This document shows positions 38,872 to 49,104 of a DNA stretch of 64,000 nucleotides, one piece after another. The stretch lies in NCBI GenBank assembly GCA_963664195.1, contig OY760907.1:352001-416000 (forward strand), written 5' to 3'. Each line of letters begins with the position of its first letter. Position 1 is the first letter of the stretch. Origin of the DNA: an uncultured candidate division Zixibacteria bacterium. GTDB taxonomy: Bacteria > Zixibacteria > MSB-5A5 > GN15 > FEB-12. A program made the position numbers and the translations under genes. Below the pieces are notes generated by a model. It did no database searches. It worked only from the letters and a program-made list of their open reading frames with translations, and was not told the DNA's origin.

Positions 38872-38954
38872 TCCTCGCAGGTCTGAAGACAGACCTGCGC
38901 TACAGACAATTGTCAAAACCGCAGGGCAACGCGGTTGCGCTGGTTTTGACCTAC
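38872..38954 (-). repeat. REP doublet (B and A), mirror image of 37685-37779
   Basis: 38872-38903 is a perfect 32-bp inverted repeat of 37748-37779. 38911-38954 reads GTAG-GTCAAAACC...GGTTTTGAC on the minus strand. Confidence 0.92.
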
Positions 38955-38968
38955 AAGAACAGGTTGGC

Positions 38969-39682
38969 TCACCAGTGCATCCTGTAAACCCGCTGACCCC
39001 CGTCGGGGGTTTGGCCCTTGCCGCAGAATTTGAGCAGTACTTTCAGCAGCACCCAGCCAAAAAGAAATCCCCCCACGTGCGCCAGATACGCCACTCCCCC
39101 GCCGGTCGAGGAATCCATCAGCGACATGACAACCTGCAGCACAAACCAAAAACCAAGAACGACTTTGGCCGGAAATCGTCGAAACATGATGAAAAAGAAT
39201 AGTATCAGCACCGTGATTTGCGCTCTCGGGTGCAAAACAATATACGCCCCCATCACACCCGCGATCGCCCCCGAAGCACCCACCAGCGGCACTGCTGAGC
39301 CGGGGTTGAACAACGTATATACGGCGACCGCCGCAAGGCCCGACACAACATAGAAAATCAAGAACTTCACCGGGCCGAAATAGTCCTCGATATTATTGCC
39401 GAATATCCACAGAAAAAGCATGTTGCCGATCAAATGCATCCAGCCGCCGTGCATGAACATCGAAAACAAAGGAGTCGCATACAGCCATGAGGGTACATAG
39501 TAGGTCGCGCCACCGTCGAAAAACAACTTTGGGATAAACCCAAACTGCACGATGAAGTGTTGGAAGCCCTGATACCCAAGCGTCTGCGAATACAAAAAGA
39601 CCGCTGTGTTCACGAATATCAGGCCGAGCGTGAAGTGCGGCGTCCTGATAGTCGGCTGGTCGTCTTTGATCGGAATAAACAA
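38969..39682 (-). CDS. Rhomboid family intramembrane serine protease
   Basis: FMHGGWMHLIGNMLFL, GASGA, AHVGGF. Confidence 0.95.
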   Translation of the reverse strand: MFIPIKDDQPTIRTPHFTLGLIFVNTAVFLYSQTLGYQGFQHFIVQFGFIPKLFFDGGATYYVPSWLYATPLFSMFMHGGWMHLIGNMLFLWIFGNNIEDYFGPVKFLIFYVVSGLAAVAVYTLFNPGSAVPLVGASGAIAGVMGAYIVLHPRAQITVLILFFFIMFRRFPAKVVLGFWFVLQVVMSLMDSSTGGGVAYLAHVGGFLFGWVLLKVLLKFCGKGQTPDGGQRVYRMHW

Positions 39683-39694
39683 GTCTGCGTTCCT

Positions 39695-41911
39695 CTAGTT
39701 GCCGCCTGATTTCTTGCTTCTCTTTCCAGTAACGGTGAACCGGCGTTCAAGTTCGGTTTTATTGCCGGCCCGGTCGGTAACTTTCACCGTCAGCACGCAC
39801 GGTCCCGGTTCCAACGGCTCGTACAGCCGTGCCACACACTGGTGATTCTCGAAATCCCATTCAGGGATGAGCCAGATATCGTTGATATGGACATCGATAC
39901 TCTGGTCATCCGCAATCCCCGACAACGTGTCCTCAAGCAGGAACCGAACATTCGGTTTCAGATTGGTTACCGTCATACCTTCGCGGATATTCAATTTGGA
40001 AACGCGTGGCCGGTCATCATCGACCACAGCGGCAAACAACCCTCCGCCCTGCGACTCAGCTCGTGCGGTGTATGAGTCCAAACTGTCCTGATTGATCCAG
40101 ACCCAGTTCTTCTCTTTTTCGTCCCACCAGCACAGACCGGCCTTCTCTGTGGCGGAGTCAAGAGTCAGGCTTATCTCGAAGTTGTCACGCGTGACGAATG
40201 CCTCCGGGAGAATGCGATACACGGAACTGATCGGCATAGGATTGGTCCTGCCCGGCAGTTCTACTTTCTCTGCCGAGATGAACCGCGGTTCGTGGAAACC
40301 GGCGCGTCCGGTTCTGATCGTAAGACGGTCATCCACAACAAGCGACTCCGCCTTGTTGTAGCCGACGGCAGCCAGAAGAAAACCGTCGGATATGTAGGTC
40401 AATCCGGAGGAAGGCGCCACAAACGCATGAACACGGTCGTCGAAGACTTCGGCTCTTGCGATCGGCGTCTCAATTCCGAAAGTTTCCGAAAGAAGGCTCA
40501 CGAAAGTTGCCGGAGACTCGGTAGAAACAATCACTCCGCCCGGGCTGATGTCGAAGTCAACCTCAGAGGACGCCTTTCTCAACTCCCCCGACGGCCAGGT
40601 ACCGTTGGCAACCCGCACGCCGTCAATCGCAGCAACAAGGCGCCAGGAGCGACTATCTTCGCGGCGCACTTTCAGCCAACCGTCTTCAAGATGGGCCACA
40701 TTGCCCCTGATCCATTCAGTGCCATCGTACGACTCAACCCATACGGAATCAAGGCCCGCTGTTTCTACGCCCTCGGCAGGGCGAAAGAAGGCGTCAAAGG
40801 CGAGAGAGGATTCCTGAACAGGCAGAAGCGTGTCGAGTACGTATGCTCCCCCCGGCGGTGACCAGAAAAACTGAAAACGAAGTTGCGAGGTGTTGCCGTA
40901 GATATCCTCAGCGACAATCAAACCCCGGTGCCGTCCGAACTTCAGGTACGCGTCCTCACCGACGAGACCATCGTGATCGTTTAACGCCTTGCTGCCGGGA
41001 TAGGCGTTGCCTGCGCGATGATACAACCGTCGAACACGTTTATTTCCATCAGCAGCACAGACTTGATCAAACTCAAGCTGGGCGGATCGACCGTAGCTGA
41101 AATCAAGACGGTCAAACACGGATTCGTAGTACGGTTTCTCGTCGATGGAGAGGGTCAGCCGGTAAATCGACTGTCGCATCCCGCCAGCTTTCATCTGATC
41201 AAAACAGTGCGTGAGAATCCCAAACGGCGAGTCCATACAGATAACGGAATCAACCGTATACTGCCCGGGACGCTTGAGTTTGTGTGCCGGGAGACTAACC
41301 GTACGAGTGCCGTCGTCAGTCAGCGAATGATCATCGGTAAGCTGCAACACGAGGGTCTCGAAGGTCGGGTGCACTTTGTCCGACAAGGTGAAACCGTTCG
41401 CCAAAGGGTTCAGCGGTTTGTTGTCGGCACTGCGAACCTCGAAATGCAAATGCGGCGCACCTGAACCGGTCTGTCCGGACAACCCGATTTGCTCACCTGC
41501 TTTCACAGGAATAGCATTTTGGGGAAACGATAGATCGACATAGTACCGCCGGGCATCGTGTTGTGCTTCGCGGACCTCTCGCTGGATTCTTCCAGCGAGG
41601 GCAGACAGATGACCGAAAACGAAAATGCGACCGTCGTAACCCTTGACATACACCCCTTTGCCGTAGCCATCGTACGACATTCTAACCCGCCAGATGTAGC
41701 CGTTGACCGGCGAAAAGACCGGAGCTCCGACCTTTCCGCCCGTTCGAAGGTCAACTCCGGCGTGAAAACGGTTGCCCCGGTAGTCGCCGAACCCGGAAGA
41801 CAGGTCGATCCGTCGTTTCAGCGGCCACTCCTCAGCATTCGCATAACTTATTGTGAATAAAAGAGCTAGGACTACTAACACGCCGACGGTTTTGGTCGAT
41901 ATCTTCATCAT
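39695..41911 (-). CDS. M23 family metallopeptidase with long C-terminal extension
   Basis: Signal peptide; HAGVD and PHLHFE zinc motifs; C-terminal Ig-like DRAGN. Confidence 0.88.
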   Translation of the reverse strand: MMKISTKTVGVLVVLALLFTISYANAEEWPLKRRIDLSSGFGDYRGNRFHAGVDLRTGGKVGAPVFSPVNGYIWRVRMSYDGYGKGVYVKGYDGRIFVFGHLSALAGRIQREVREAQHDARRYYVDLSFPQNAIPVKAGEQIGLSGQTGSGAPHLHFEVRSADNKPLNPLANGFTLSDKVHPTFETLVLQLTDDHSLTDDGTRTVSLPAHKLKRPGQYTVDSVICMDSPFGILTHCFDQMKAGGMRQSIYRLTLSIDEKPYYESVFDRLDFSYGRSAQLEFDQVCAADGNKRVRRLYHRAGNAYPGSKALNDHDGLVGEDAYLKFGRHRGLIVAEDIYGNTSQLRFQFFWSPPGGAYVLDTLLPVQESSLAFDAFFRPAEGVETAGLDSVWVESYDGTEWIRGNVAHLEDGWLKVRREDSRSWRLVAAIDGVRVANGTWPSGELRKASSEVDFDISPGGVIVSTESPATFVSLLSETFGIETPIARAEVFDDRVHAFVAPSSGLTYISDGFLLAAVGYNKAESLVVDDRLTIRTGRAGFHEPRFISAEKVELPGRTNPMPISSVYRILPEAFVTRDNFEISLTLDSATEKAGLCWWDEKEKNWVWINQDSLDSYTARAESQGGGLFAAVVDDDRPRVSKLNIREGMTVTNLKPNVRFLLEDTLSGIADDQSIDVHINDIWLIPEWDFENHQCVARLYEPLEPGPCVLTVKVTDRAGNKTELERRFTVTGKRSKKSGGN

Positions 41912-42136
41912 ATTATTGACATAACCCGATTTCATACTCGTTTTACAGAAGTTATCGTCAATTGTGCCTGTAAAACAGGTTTTTTTGACAATTGGCTCTG
42001 CACGGCTTTGCAAACCCGAGGCTTTTCATTATATTGGCAAGCTCGCCTGCAGACGATTTGGAAACGGGTTGAATGGCATTAGGTTGGACAGGCGAACACA
42101 ACACTGACAAAACGTCGCTAAGAGGAGTCTTGAGGA

Positions 42137-43969
42137 ATGTTTGAAGCTCTGCGAAAAGCAATTGTCCCTATAATCGTTATTGTCCTGGTCTTCTTCCTGG
42201 GCATGATCATACTCCAATGGGGTCTCGATCTCGGTCGAGGCAACCGGGGATCACAGGCTGTCGTTGCCGGTTCGGTCAACGGCGAGGACATCTCATGGCA
42301 GGCACTGTCAGATGTCAGTCGCAACCTGTACCAGTCCGAACAGAAAAAGAGCGACGAAGATATTAGCGAAGCCCGTTATCGGGAACTCGAATTGCAGGCT
42401 TGGAACCAGTTGGTCGCAGAACGCCTCCTGACTCAGGAAGCGAGGAAGCGCAACATCGTGGTTACCGACGAGGATATCTACACGTACCTCAAAGTCAGCC
42501 CGCCTCAGTTCTTGTTGCAGGCTGAGATTTTCCAGACCAATGGTAGTTTCGACCGTAACAAGTATTTCAGCGCGCTGGCCGACCCGAACTATACACAAAT
42601 GTGGGCACAACTTGAACCGCAGCTTCGTGCCGAAATGCTGAAGCTGAAGTTGCAGTTGTTGGTGACTGAAGCCGTCCACGTTACTGAGGGCGAAGTTGAG
42701 CAATCTTTCCTCGACGCCAACGAACGCGTGAAGATCGGTGCGGTCAACATTCAGAAACGCCGCTTCGACACTCTTGTGACCCAGCCTACTGCCGAAGAAC
42801 TGCAGACCTACTTCGAAGCCAACCGCAACAACTACAAGGTCGGTGAACGAGTGATCCTGCAAATCGCCAAAGCCTCGAAGGAAGCTTCAGAACGCGATCT
42901 CGAAGAAGCCCGGACGCTGGCTCTGACTCTATATGACTCAGCCAAAGCCGGAGCCGATTTTGCGGAGTTGGCCACTAACTGGTCCGAGGATCCGGGTAGC
43001 GCTGCCAAGGGGGGTGATCTTGGCTGGTTTGGCGCGGGCAAGATGGTACATGCGTTCGACAGCGCAAGCTTTGCCATGAAGGACGGCGAAATCTCTGAAC
43101 CGATCAAAACGCAGTTCGGCTGGCATATCCTCAAGCATTTTGGATATCGCATGGATGACCCGCCGGCCACCGCCAAGAGCAAGGCCAAGATCAAGAAAGC
43201 CCACGTATCGCACATATTGATCAAGACCAACGCCTCGCCGGAAACGCTGATCCGTGCAACCGATTGCCTTGACACCTTGCTGGTTCACGCCGTCGAGACA
43301 GATTTCCCGGCTGCGGCGGCTTCACTGAATCAGGAAGTTATCGTTACCGAACCGCTTACCGAACAGACCCGCAGCATTGAAGGTCTCGGCTACGCGCCGA
43401 GCGTCCTCACCTGGGCCTTTGACAACGAGGTCGGTGCTGTCTCAAACGTCATGGAGACAAACAGCGACTTCTGTGTCGTGTACATTCAGCAGAAACTCCC
43501 CGAAGGTCTGGCGGAATTCGATGCTGTGCAGGAGCAGGTCGAGGCTGATATGCGCTCGGAAGCGGAACTCCAGTTCTGCCGTGACACCGCGCAGGTTATC
43601 TACAACACCGTTGAGGCAGGAACACCGCTCCCGAAGGTCGCCGGTCGATTTGGCATGACCTACGAAGAGATTGGGCCGTTCACGCGCGCTACTCGCCTTT
43701 CAAAACTCTCGGCCGATCCGAAAGCTATCGGTGCCGCATTTGCGCTAACGGAGCTTTCCAAGGCTGCGCCCCCGGTGGAATACTCTAACGGCGCGGTCAT
43801 AATGGAGTTGCTCGAAAAAGACAGCCCGGACCTCACTCAGTTTGAGGAACGTCGCGAGGCCATTTCCGACAGTCTCCTGCTTTCAAAGAAGCAGCAGATG
43901 TATTCAAACTGGTTTAACCACGTTTTCGAGAGTTCTGACATTCAGAGCAATGTCGGCCGTCGCCAGTAG
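42137..43969 (+). CDS. PpiD/SurA-like parvulin chaperone
   Basis: N-terminal TM, VNGEDI SurA-N region, [26 protein letters not shown]. Confidence 0.9.
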   Translation: MFEALRKAIVPIIVIVLVFFLGMIILQWGLDLGRGNRGSQAVVAGSVNGEDISWQALSDVSRNLYQSEQKKSDEDISEARYRELELQAWNQLVAERLLTQEARKRNIVVTDEDIYTYLKVSPPQFLLQAEIFQTNGSFDRNKYFSALADPNYTQMWAQLEPQLRAEMLKLKLQLLVTEAVHVTEGEVEQSFLDANERVKIGAVNIQKRRFDTLVTQPTAEELQTYFEANRNNYKVGERVILQIAKASKEASERDLEEARTLALTLYDSAKAGADFAELATNWSEDPGSAAKGGDLGWFGAGKMVHAFDSASFAMKDGEISEPIKTQFGWHILKHFGYRMDDPPATAKSKAKIKKAHVSHILIKTNASPETLIRATDCLDTLLVHAVETDFPAAAASLNQEVIVTEPLTEQTRSIEGLGYAPSVLTWAFDNEVGAVSNVMETNSDFCVVYIQQKLPEGLAEFDAVQEQVEADMRSEAELQFCRDTAQVIYNTVEAGTPLPKVAGRFGMTYEEIGPFTRATRLSKLSADPKAIGAAFALTELSKAAPPVEYSNGAVIMELLEKDSPDLTQFEERREAISDSLLLSKKQQMYSNWFNHVFESSDIQSNVGRRQ

Positions 43970-43995
43970 ACGATTCACTCAAGACTCAAGACTCG

Positions 43996-44023
43996 AAAGC
44001 CCGCCTTTGGCGGGCTTTTTTTT
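43996..44023 (+). terminator. Intrinsic terminator
   Basis: AAAGCCCGCC-TTT-GGCGGGC followed by T8. Confidence 0.9.
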
Positions 44024-44121
44024 GTCTTAGTAATGTTGAAGACACGCCATTGACGAGAATGTAGTTGTCGAGGAATCGGGCTATCCCGGTAGGTTCACGC
44101 CCTTCTCCGATCTGTCTTCTC

Positions 44122-44312
44122 GTAGATCAGGCCCGTCCTCGGGCCTGACAGCAAGGAAAGTTCGCCACAGGCGAACGATGGCAGAACCGCTGGCGCGGCC
44201 AATCGCAAGTTTGAGGACAGCCACTTGTGGCGTTGACCTTCGCTACGAGGACTGTCAGACCAACACCCTTCAAAGAAGCCTTGAGGGTGGCACCCCTGAG
44301 TCCGGAGCCACC
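44122..44312. repeat. Cluster of REP-like hairpins
   Basis: GTAG-A-TCAGGCCCG-TCCT-CGGGCCTGA (+, 44122-44149); 44183-44246 homologous to 47222-47269 (family B, -); further stems CACCCTTCAA/TTGAGGGTG and GGTGGC/GCCACC. Confidence 0.75.
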
Positions 44313-44331
44313 GAAAGTCCTGAAGTCCACC

Positions 44332-44574
44332 TCAGACCGCCCGCCGCCGCAACGCCTGCACCAAACGCACCAGCGCCGCACCACCCCAGACAATCTCCAA
44401 CACCACAAACGGAATGACTCCCCCTGCCAGAGCATACCACGCCGCCATGCCGGCCCCCAGCACATTCATGAAGAGATATGCAGGATTGTCCTCCGTTAGC
44501 CGACGAGTCAAATTCAGTACAAACGCCAGCAACAACAACCCTACACCACAGGAACCAACAATCATAGGCGCCAC
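44332..44574 (-). CDS. Small three-TM membrane protein (CBU_0592-like)
   Basis: GGAGG SD before GTG; G..GV.LLLLAF, Y..MN.LGA, PF..LE.VW pattern. Confidence 0.75.
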   Translation of the reverse strand: MAPMIVGSCGVGLLLLAFVLNLTRRLTEDNPAYLFMNVLGAGMAAWYALAGGVIPFVVLEIVWGGAALVRLVQALRRRAV

Positions 44575-44665
44575 GGTTTCCTCCGAGAGACAACAGTTAC
44601 AGTCTAAGCACACGTAAGTCGGGTTGCCGCCCGCTGTCTACAAGAATGTATGGATGAACAGCCTG

Positions 44666-45469
44666 TCAGGCGCGTCTGGACGTCGCCATAGCGATTTCGC
44701 GAGAAGGGGCGTTGATCAGCGCCAGCTTGTGACGGAACTCACGGTTCTCGTCGATGTCGAGCGTTTCGGTCAACAGGCGAACGTTCGCCTCGGCCGTAAA
44801 GGGGACGCGGTTCAGGATTTCCCACGGTGCCGCAACCAGTGACCGACCGTGGAGCGGCTTGCCGAACAGCGTCCCCACCCCGCAAACCTTGACGACATAC
44901 GATCCCGATATCCGGGCACCGTCGAGGAAATACAGTACGTCCCGCTGTCGTTTCTCGGACACTGAATCGGCCGGACGATACGGCGAAGTAGTGGGGATGA
45001 AGATGATATCGGTATTTTCGCCGCCTAGTTCCTCGTACATGTGCGGAAAGAAAACGTCGCCACATATCATTAGACCGATCCTGACGCCGTCGACAGTGAG
45101 AACGAGATTCCCCTTGCCGGGGCTTATCCCCCGCTCCTGCTCACCGGGCACCGGATACCGTTTGAGGTAACGACCGATGATGACACCTCGGTTGATGACA
45201 TAGCAGGCGTTGTGCAACCTGCCTTCCTCGGACTCGACCACCGTGCCACCTATAACGCAGGTCCTCAAGTCGTCAGAAAGGCGCATCAGGTATTCCAGAT
45301 GATCTGCTTTCCGTTTGGCTGCCTGCTCGAAACTGACGACCGTTTCATCGATCAGCCAATACTCCGGGAGACAGACAAAATCCGGCCTCTGTTTGAAGAG
45401 GTGTATTTTCTCGTCAATTGTCAGTCGACGGCCCATTTGCGCCTGTACGGCGACTACCTTGATTAGCAT
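44666..45469 (-). CDS. Carbon-nitrogen hydrolase (nitrilase superfamily)
   Basis: LPE, Y.K and ICGD give the Glu-Lys-Cys triad; G.S.VAAPW. Confidence 0.88.
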   Translation of the reverse strand: MLIKVVAVQAQMGRRLTIDEKIHLFKQRPDFVCLPEYWLIDETVVSFEQAAKRKADHLEYLMRLSDDLRTCVIGGTVVESEEGRLHNACYVINRGVIIGRYLKRYPVPGEQERGISPGKGNLVLTVDGVRIGLMICGDVFFPHMYEELGGENTDIIFIPTTSPYRPADSVSEKRQRDVLYFLDGARISGSYVVKVCGVGTLFGKPLHGRSLVAAPWEILNRVPFTAEANVRLLTETLDIDENREFRHKLALINAPSREIAMATSRRA

Positions 45470-45599
45470 CCTTGCCCCGTGAGTGGTCATTGCAGATTCA
45501 ATATCTTGTTACGGATCGAATGCCGGGGAGTTCAACAAAACTTGGCGGGAGGCAAAATAAAAGTGGATACGCCCGGTCTGGAAGGGATTGCGGCTATAT

Positions 45600-45717
45600 A
45601 TGTGCTGTTGGACGACCCCGTCCGACAGCCGCGATACACGCTGGAATTCTTCGTTCTGAAACCGCACCTATTAGAGATTGGCTGGCTGGGTGGCCGGGTC
45701 AAACTTGTTTGGCCCGG
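45600..45717 (+). repeat. Two REP-like hairpins at the left flank of the pentapeptide gene
   Basis: 45600-45630 is a direct repeat of 47161-47191 (29/31 identical; stem CTGTTGGAC/GTCCGACAG). GTGG-CCGGGTCAAAC-TT-GTTTGGCCCGG at 45690-45717. Confidence 0.8.
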
Positions 45718-45754
45718 ATGTTTGGTCTTCTCGCTGCACTTTCGCAACGCGCAC

Positions 45755-47140
45755 TCACTTGCCTTGCGGTTTCTTCGGCGTAAACTTCCTACGACAGGCC
45801 ACCACAATCAACGAACCTAGAATCAGATTCAGAATGGTCTCAAAGACTAGAATCCCTTTCTGCAGACTATCAGAGGGTGGACTGAGTTCATGCTTCCGGT
45901 CGAATGTTGACAGCGATAGGTTCGCCCCGAAAGTGGACTTGTAGTCTTCCCAGATATGGGAAGGATCACTGCCGCCCTGATAAGGGCCTGGAGAATCAGT
46001 TCCGTTTTCCCATAAGTCCGCAACGTCATAGTTGACCCAGACAATATGCTCTTTCGTCGGCTCTGTCGGGTCCGGTCTGGTCACATTCATGCCTACCACA
46101 AGTAGAATGAGAGGGAACAAAGCAAGGCTGAGTGTCAGACAGGCAGCCGGCCGAAGGATGGACTCTCCGTAGTTCGACGCGAGTTGATAGAACCAGTTCA
46201 ACAACCTCGATGGCTTGTCATAGTTCTTATCACGACGTGTGACAACCATCTGTCCCAAGTAGAAGTGTCGAGCAAGGTGAAAATCTGAATGTTCGAAGAA
46301 GTACTCCTCCAGATAGCGGTATGAGTCCACCACCTTCACTGGGTCATCGCGATAGAAGTGCTCATCTCGAATCTTCTTTCTTCCCCACTGATACCACTTC
46401 TTCTTCTCATCCCACGCCTTCGTATTCTCAAACTCGATCCGTAAATTCTCCCTTGGAAGAGTCGCGATTTTCAGACCGGCCAAATTGCAGTACGCGAATC
46501 GAATTCCAGCTATGTTTCCAGTTGCTCGGAAATGAAGGTCGGCTTCACCTCGGAACTCGCAATTGCGAAACTCAAGCCACTGACTCTTCGGATGCTTTGC
46601 CAACTCTGCCCCAACAAACGACGCTGCGTCATTGAACACAGTGTCCTTGAACACGGGCAGTTCTTTGAACCTGCAAGCCCGGAAATTGGCCTTCTTCCGA
46701 AACGTCACGCTCTCGAAAGTGGCCTTAGCTTCGAGAGAGACCCCTCTCTTAGGGGGATCACTGTCATCACCGAAATTAGCGTCGCCCATGAAGTCCGTAC
46801 TGTGGAACGAAGTGTAGTCGTGAAAGTGCAGTCCGCGAAAAGAAGCGTCACCGTGGAATGTGCAGTGTTCGATGTAAAGCGGCTTTCCCGCTACTACGGG
46901 ACATTGAAACGAGACTCTCGGAAATATGAAGTGAGACAGGTCAATGTCCTTGCAGTTACTCGATGCGCTCAGTCTCTTAATCTCCTCGACGAACGGCTCC
47001 AACGACTTGTCGGGGTCGTCGAGATGAAAGTGGCAACATCCGTCCTGCACGGCATCCCTTGGACACTGACGAGTCTCTCTGCCAAGCTCTCCGTTTTTCC
47101 CAAGAGCTATCTGGTATTCTACTTTGCATCTCTCAGCCAT
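45755..47140 (-). CDS. Pentapeptide-repeat protein with C-terminal membrane (channel-like) domain
   Basis: N-terminal C..C/CHFH motif; repeated (A/T).F...F pentapeptides; YQLASNYGES..RP then two TM segments; GGGGAG SD. Confidence 0.8.
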   Translation of the reverse strand: MAERCKVEYQIALGKNGELGRETRQCPRDAVQDGCCHFHLDDPDKSLEPFVEEIKRLSASSNCKDIDLSHFIFPRVSFQCPVVAGKPLYIEHCTFHGDASFRGLHFHDYTSFHSTDFMGDANFGDDSDPPKRGVSLEAKATFESVTFRKKANFRACRFKELPVFKDTVFNDAASFVGAELAKHPKSQWLEFRNCEFRGEADLHFRATGNIAGIRFAYCNLAGLKIATLPRENLRIEFENTKAWDEKKKWYQWGRKKIRDEHFYRDDPVKVVDSYRYLEEYFFEHSDFHLARHFYLGQMVVTRRDKNYDKPSRLLNWFYQLASNYGESILRPAACLTLSLALFPLILLVVGMNVTRPDPTEPTKEHIVWVNYDVADLWENGTDSPGPYQGGSDPSHIWEDYKSTFGANLSLSTFDRKHELSPPSDSLQKGILVFETILNLILGSLIVVACRRKFTPKKPQGK

Positions 47141-47160
47141 TTGTACTCCCCATACGGCTT

Positions 47161-47318
47161 ATGTACTGTTGGACGCCCCCGTCCGACAGCCCCGAAATCG
47201 CACGCCCTATCGTCAGTATGAAGAACCGCTGCGCGGGCAATCGCAGGTCTGAAGACAGACCTTCGCTACTAAGACTGTCGAAACCGCAGGCAACTCGTTG
47301 CGATGGGTTTCGACCTAC
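47161..47318. repeat. REP cluster at the right flank of the pentapeptide gene
   Basis: Hairpin at 47161-47191; family B (-, 47242-47269) and family A (-, 47276-47318) in the same order and similar spacing as 38872-38954. Confidence 0.9.
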
Positions 47319-47328
47319 CATGCCGCCG

Positions 47329-49008
47329 CTAGCAATTCGTGTAGTTCGGGCCTTCCCCGCCCTGAGGCGTTACCCAGCGGATCACCTGGTACGGATCGGC
47401 GATATCACACGTCTTGCAATGCACGCAGTTCGACGGCGTCAACTCCAGCTTCTTCTTGCCCGGGTTTTCCTCGTCCTCCACCATATTGTAGACAGAGGCG
47501 GGACAGAAATGCTGGCACGGATTACCGTATTCTTCAGTGCACTTGCTGACGCAGATATCAGGGTCGGTGATGACCAGATGCGAGGGCTGGTGCTCCTCGT
47601 GCATCGTGCCCGACTTATAGACATCGGTAACTTTATCGAACAGATACTCGTTGTCAAACTTGACCGCCGGTTTCTCCGGGGCACGACCGAACTTCTGCTT
47701 GTAATCTGCCACCTTCATGACGTATTCGTGGTCCTGCTTGTGTGTCCGACGCTCGAACAGCCCTTTGCCTCCGGTAACAAGCTGCATTCCGGCGTGGAAC
47801 ATACCCGACATCAGACCGCCCTCGAAGCCGGCGTGGAAATTACGTGATCCCCACAGCTCTTCTTTGGCCCAGGAGTCCTCGAACTTGTCGGCGTAAGTCT
47901 TCAACTTCGCCTGCGAGAAGTCTTCCGCCTTAACGGCCTCATACACGGTTTCAGCCGCAAGGATACCGGACTTAATAGCGATGTGAATGCCCTTGAGCTT
48001 CTGGGCGTTCAACAGTCCCGCAGCGTCGCCACAGAGCAGGAGACCGTCGTGGTAAAGCTTCGGAACAGAGAAGTACCCGCCGACCGGAATCGTCTTGGCC
48101 CCGTAGTGCAGCATCTCGCCACCTTCGAGGATTCCACGAATCAGCTTGTGATTTTTGTAGCGCTGGAACTTGCCGTGCGGATCGTTGGTTGGATCGGCAC
48201 AATCCAGCCCGACTGCGTAACCGACCGACACCATGGTATCGGACATGCCGTAGACCCAGCCGCCGCCGTACTCGGAGCTTTCGCTGGGGAAACCGACGGA
48301 GTGGATCACCTGCCCTGCCTTGATCCGGCCCGCGGGCACATCCCATATCTCTTTGACACCGGTGAGATACTGTTGCGGAAGGCAATTTTCGGTCAGCTCA
48401 GGAATCTTTTCATGGGCCAGCTTGGTCAGCGAACCGTGGACGCCCTCGCAGAGCAACGTCACTTTGGCCTTGATGAGTGATCCCGGTTCGAAATTCGGTT
48501 TCTGGCTGCCGTCTTTGTCCAGACCCAAATCGACTGTCTGAACTCCGGTAACAACGCCGTCTTCGATCAACAGGTCAAACCCGGCCAAACCGGCGTAAAT
48601 GTCGATTCCGGCTTCCTCAACCTGTTCGCCCATCCATCCGGTCAATTTGTTCAACGACACCACGTAATTGCCGTGGTTGTTGAGCGAGGGCGGCATAAAC
48701 GGGAATTTGAGCGCTCCACCCTCGGAGAGCTTATACATGGAATCAGCGCTGACGGGAGCTTCGAGCGGGGCATTCTTGTCCTGGAAATCCGGGATCAGTT
48801 CGGCAAGGCCGCGGGGGTTCATCACCGCGCCGGAGAGCGAATGCCCCCCGACATACGAACCTTTTTCCATGACGAGAATCTCCGGCAGTTCAGCGGATTC
48901 ATCAGCGGAGAACAGTGCCGCAAGCTTGTAGGCGGCCGCAAGACCGGCCGGACCGGCACCAACAATCAAGACATCAGTTTCGAGAATATCGCGTTCAATA
49001 TCCATCAT
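47329..49008 (-). CDS. Electron transfer flavoprotein-ubiquinone oxidoreductase
   Basis: VGAGPAGL, H.LSGA, GD.AG..N..K.KGIH.A, C-terminal FCPA.VY and NCVHCKTCDI 4Fe-4S motif. Confidence 0.95.
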   Translation of the reverse strand: MMDIERDILETDVLIVGAGPAGLAAAYKLAALFSADESAELPEILVMEKGSYVGGHSLSGAVMNPRGLAELIPDFQDKNAPLEAPVSADSMYKLSEGGALKFPFMPPSLNNHGNYVVSLNKLTGWMGEQVEEAGIDIYAGLAGFDLLIEDGVVTGVQTVDLGLDKDGSQKPNFEPGSLIKAKVTLLCEGVHGSLTKLAHEKIPELTENCLPQQYLTGVKEIWDVPAGRIKAGQVIHSVGFPSESSEYGGGWVYGMSDTMVSVGYAVGLDCADPTNDPHGKFQRYKNHKLIRGILEGGEMLHYGAKTIPVGGYFSVPKLYHDGLLLCGDAAGLLNAQKLKGIHIAIKSGILAAETVYEAVKAEDFSQAKLKTYADKFEDSWAKEELWGSRNFHAGFEGGLMSGMFHAGMQLVTGGKGLFERRTHKQDHEYVMKVADYKQKFGRAPEKPAVKFDNEYLFDKVTDVYKSGTMHEEHQPSHLVITDPDICVSKCTEEYGNPCQHFCPASVYNMVEDEENPGKKKLELTPSNCVHCKTCDIADPYQVIRWVTPQGGEGPNYTNC

Positions 49009-49104
49009 CCACCCTCCGGAGTTTAAGTTCCTGGAGGGAATATACGAAACCGATCGCTAAAAAAGAAGACTAAAGCGTCTGGGGGGCGATGATCTTCGGG
49101 CGTC

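Noticed and set aside
43977..43997. ACTCAAG x3 short tandem repeat
   Set aside because: Only about three imperfect units between a stop codon and a terminator; no evidence of function.
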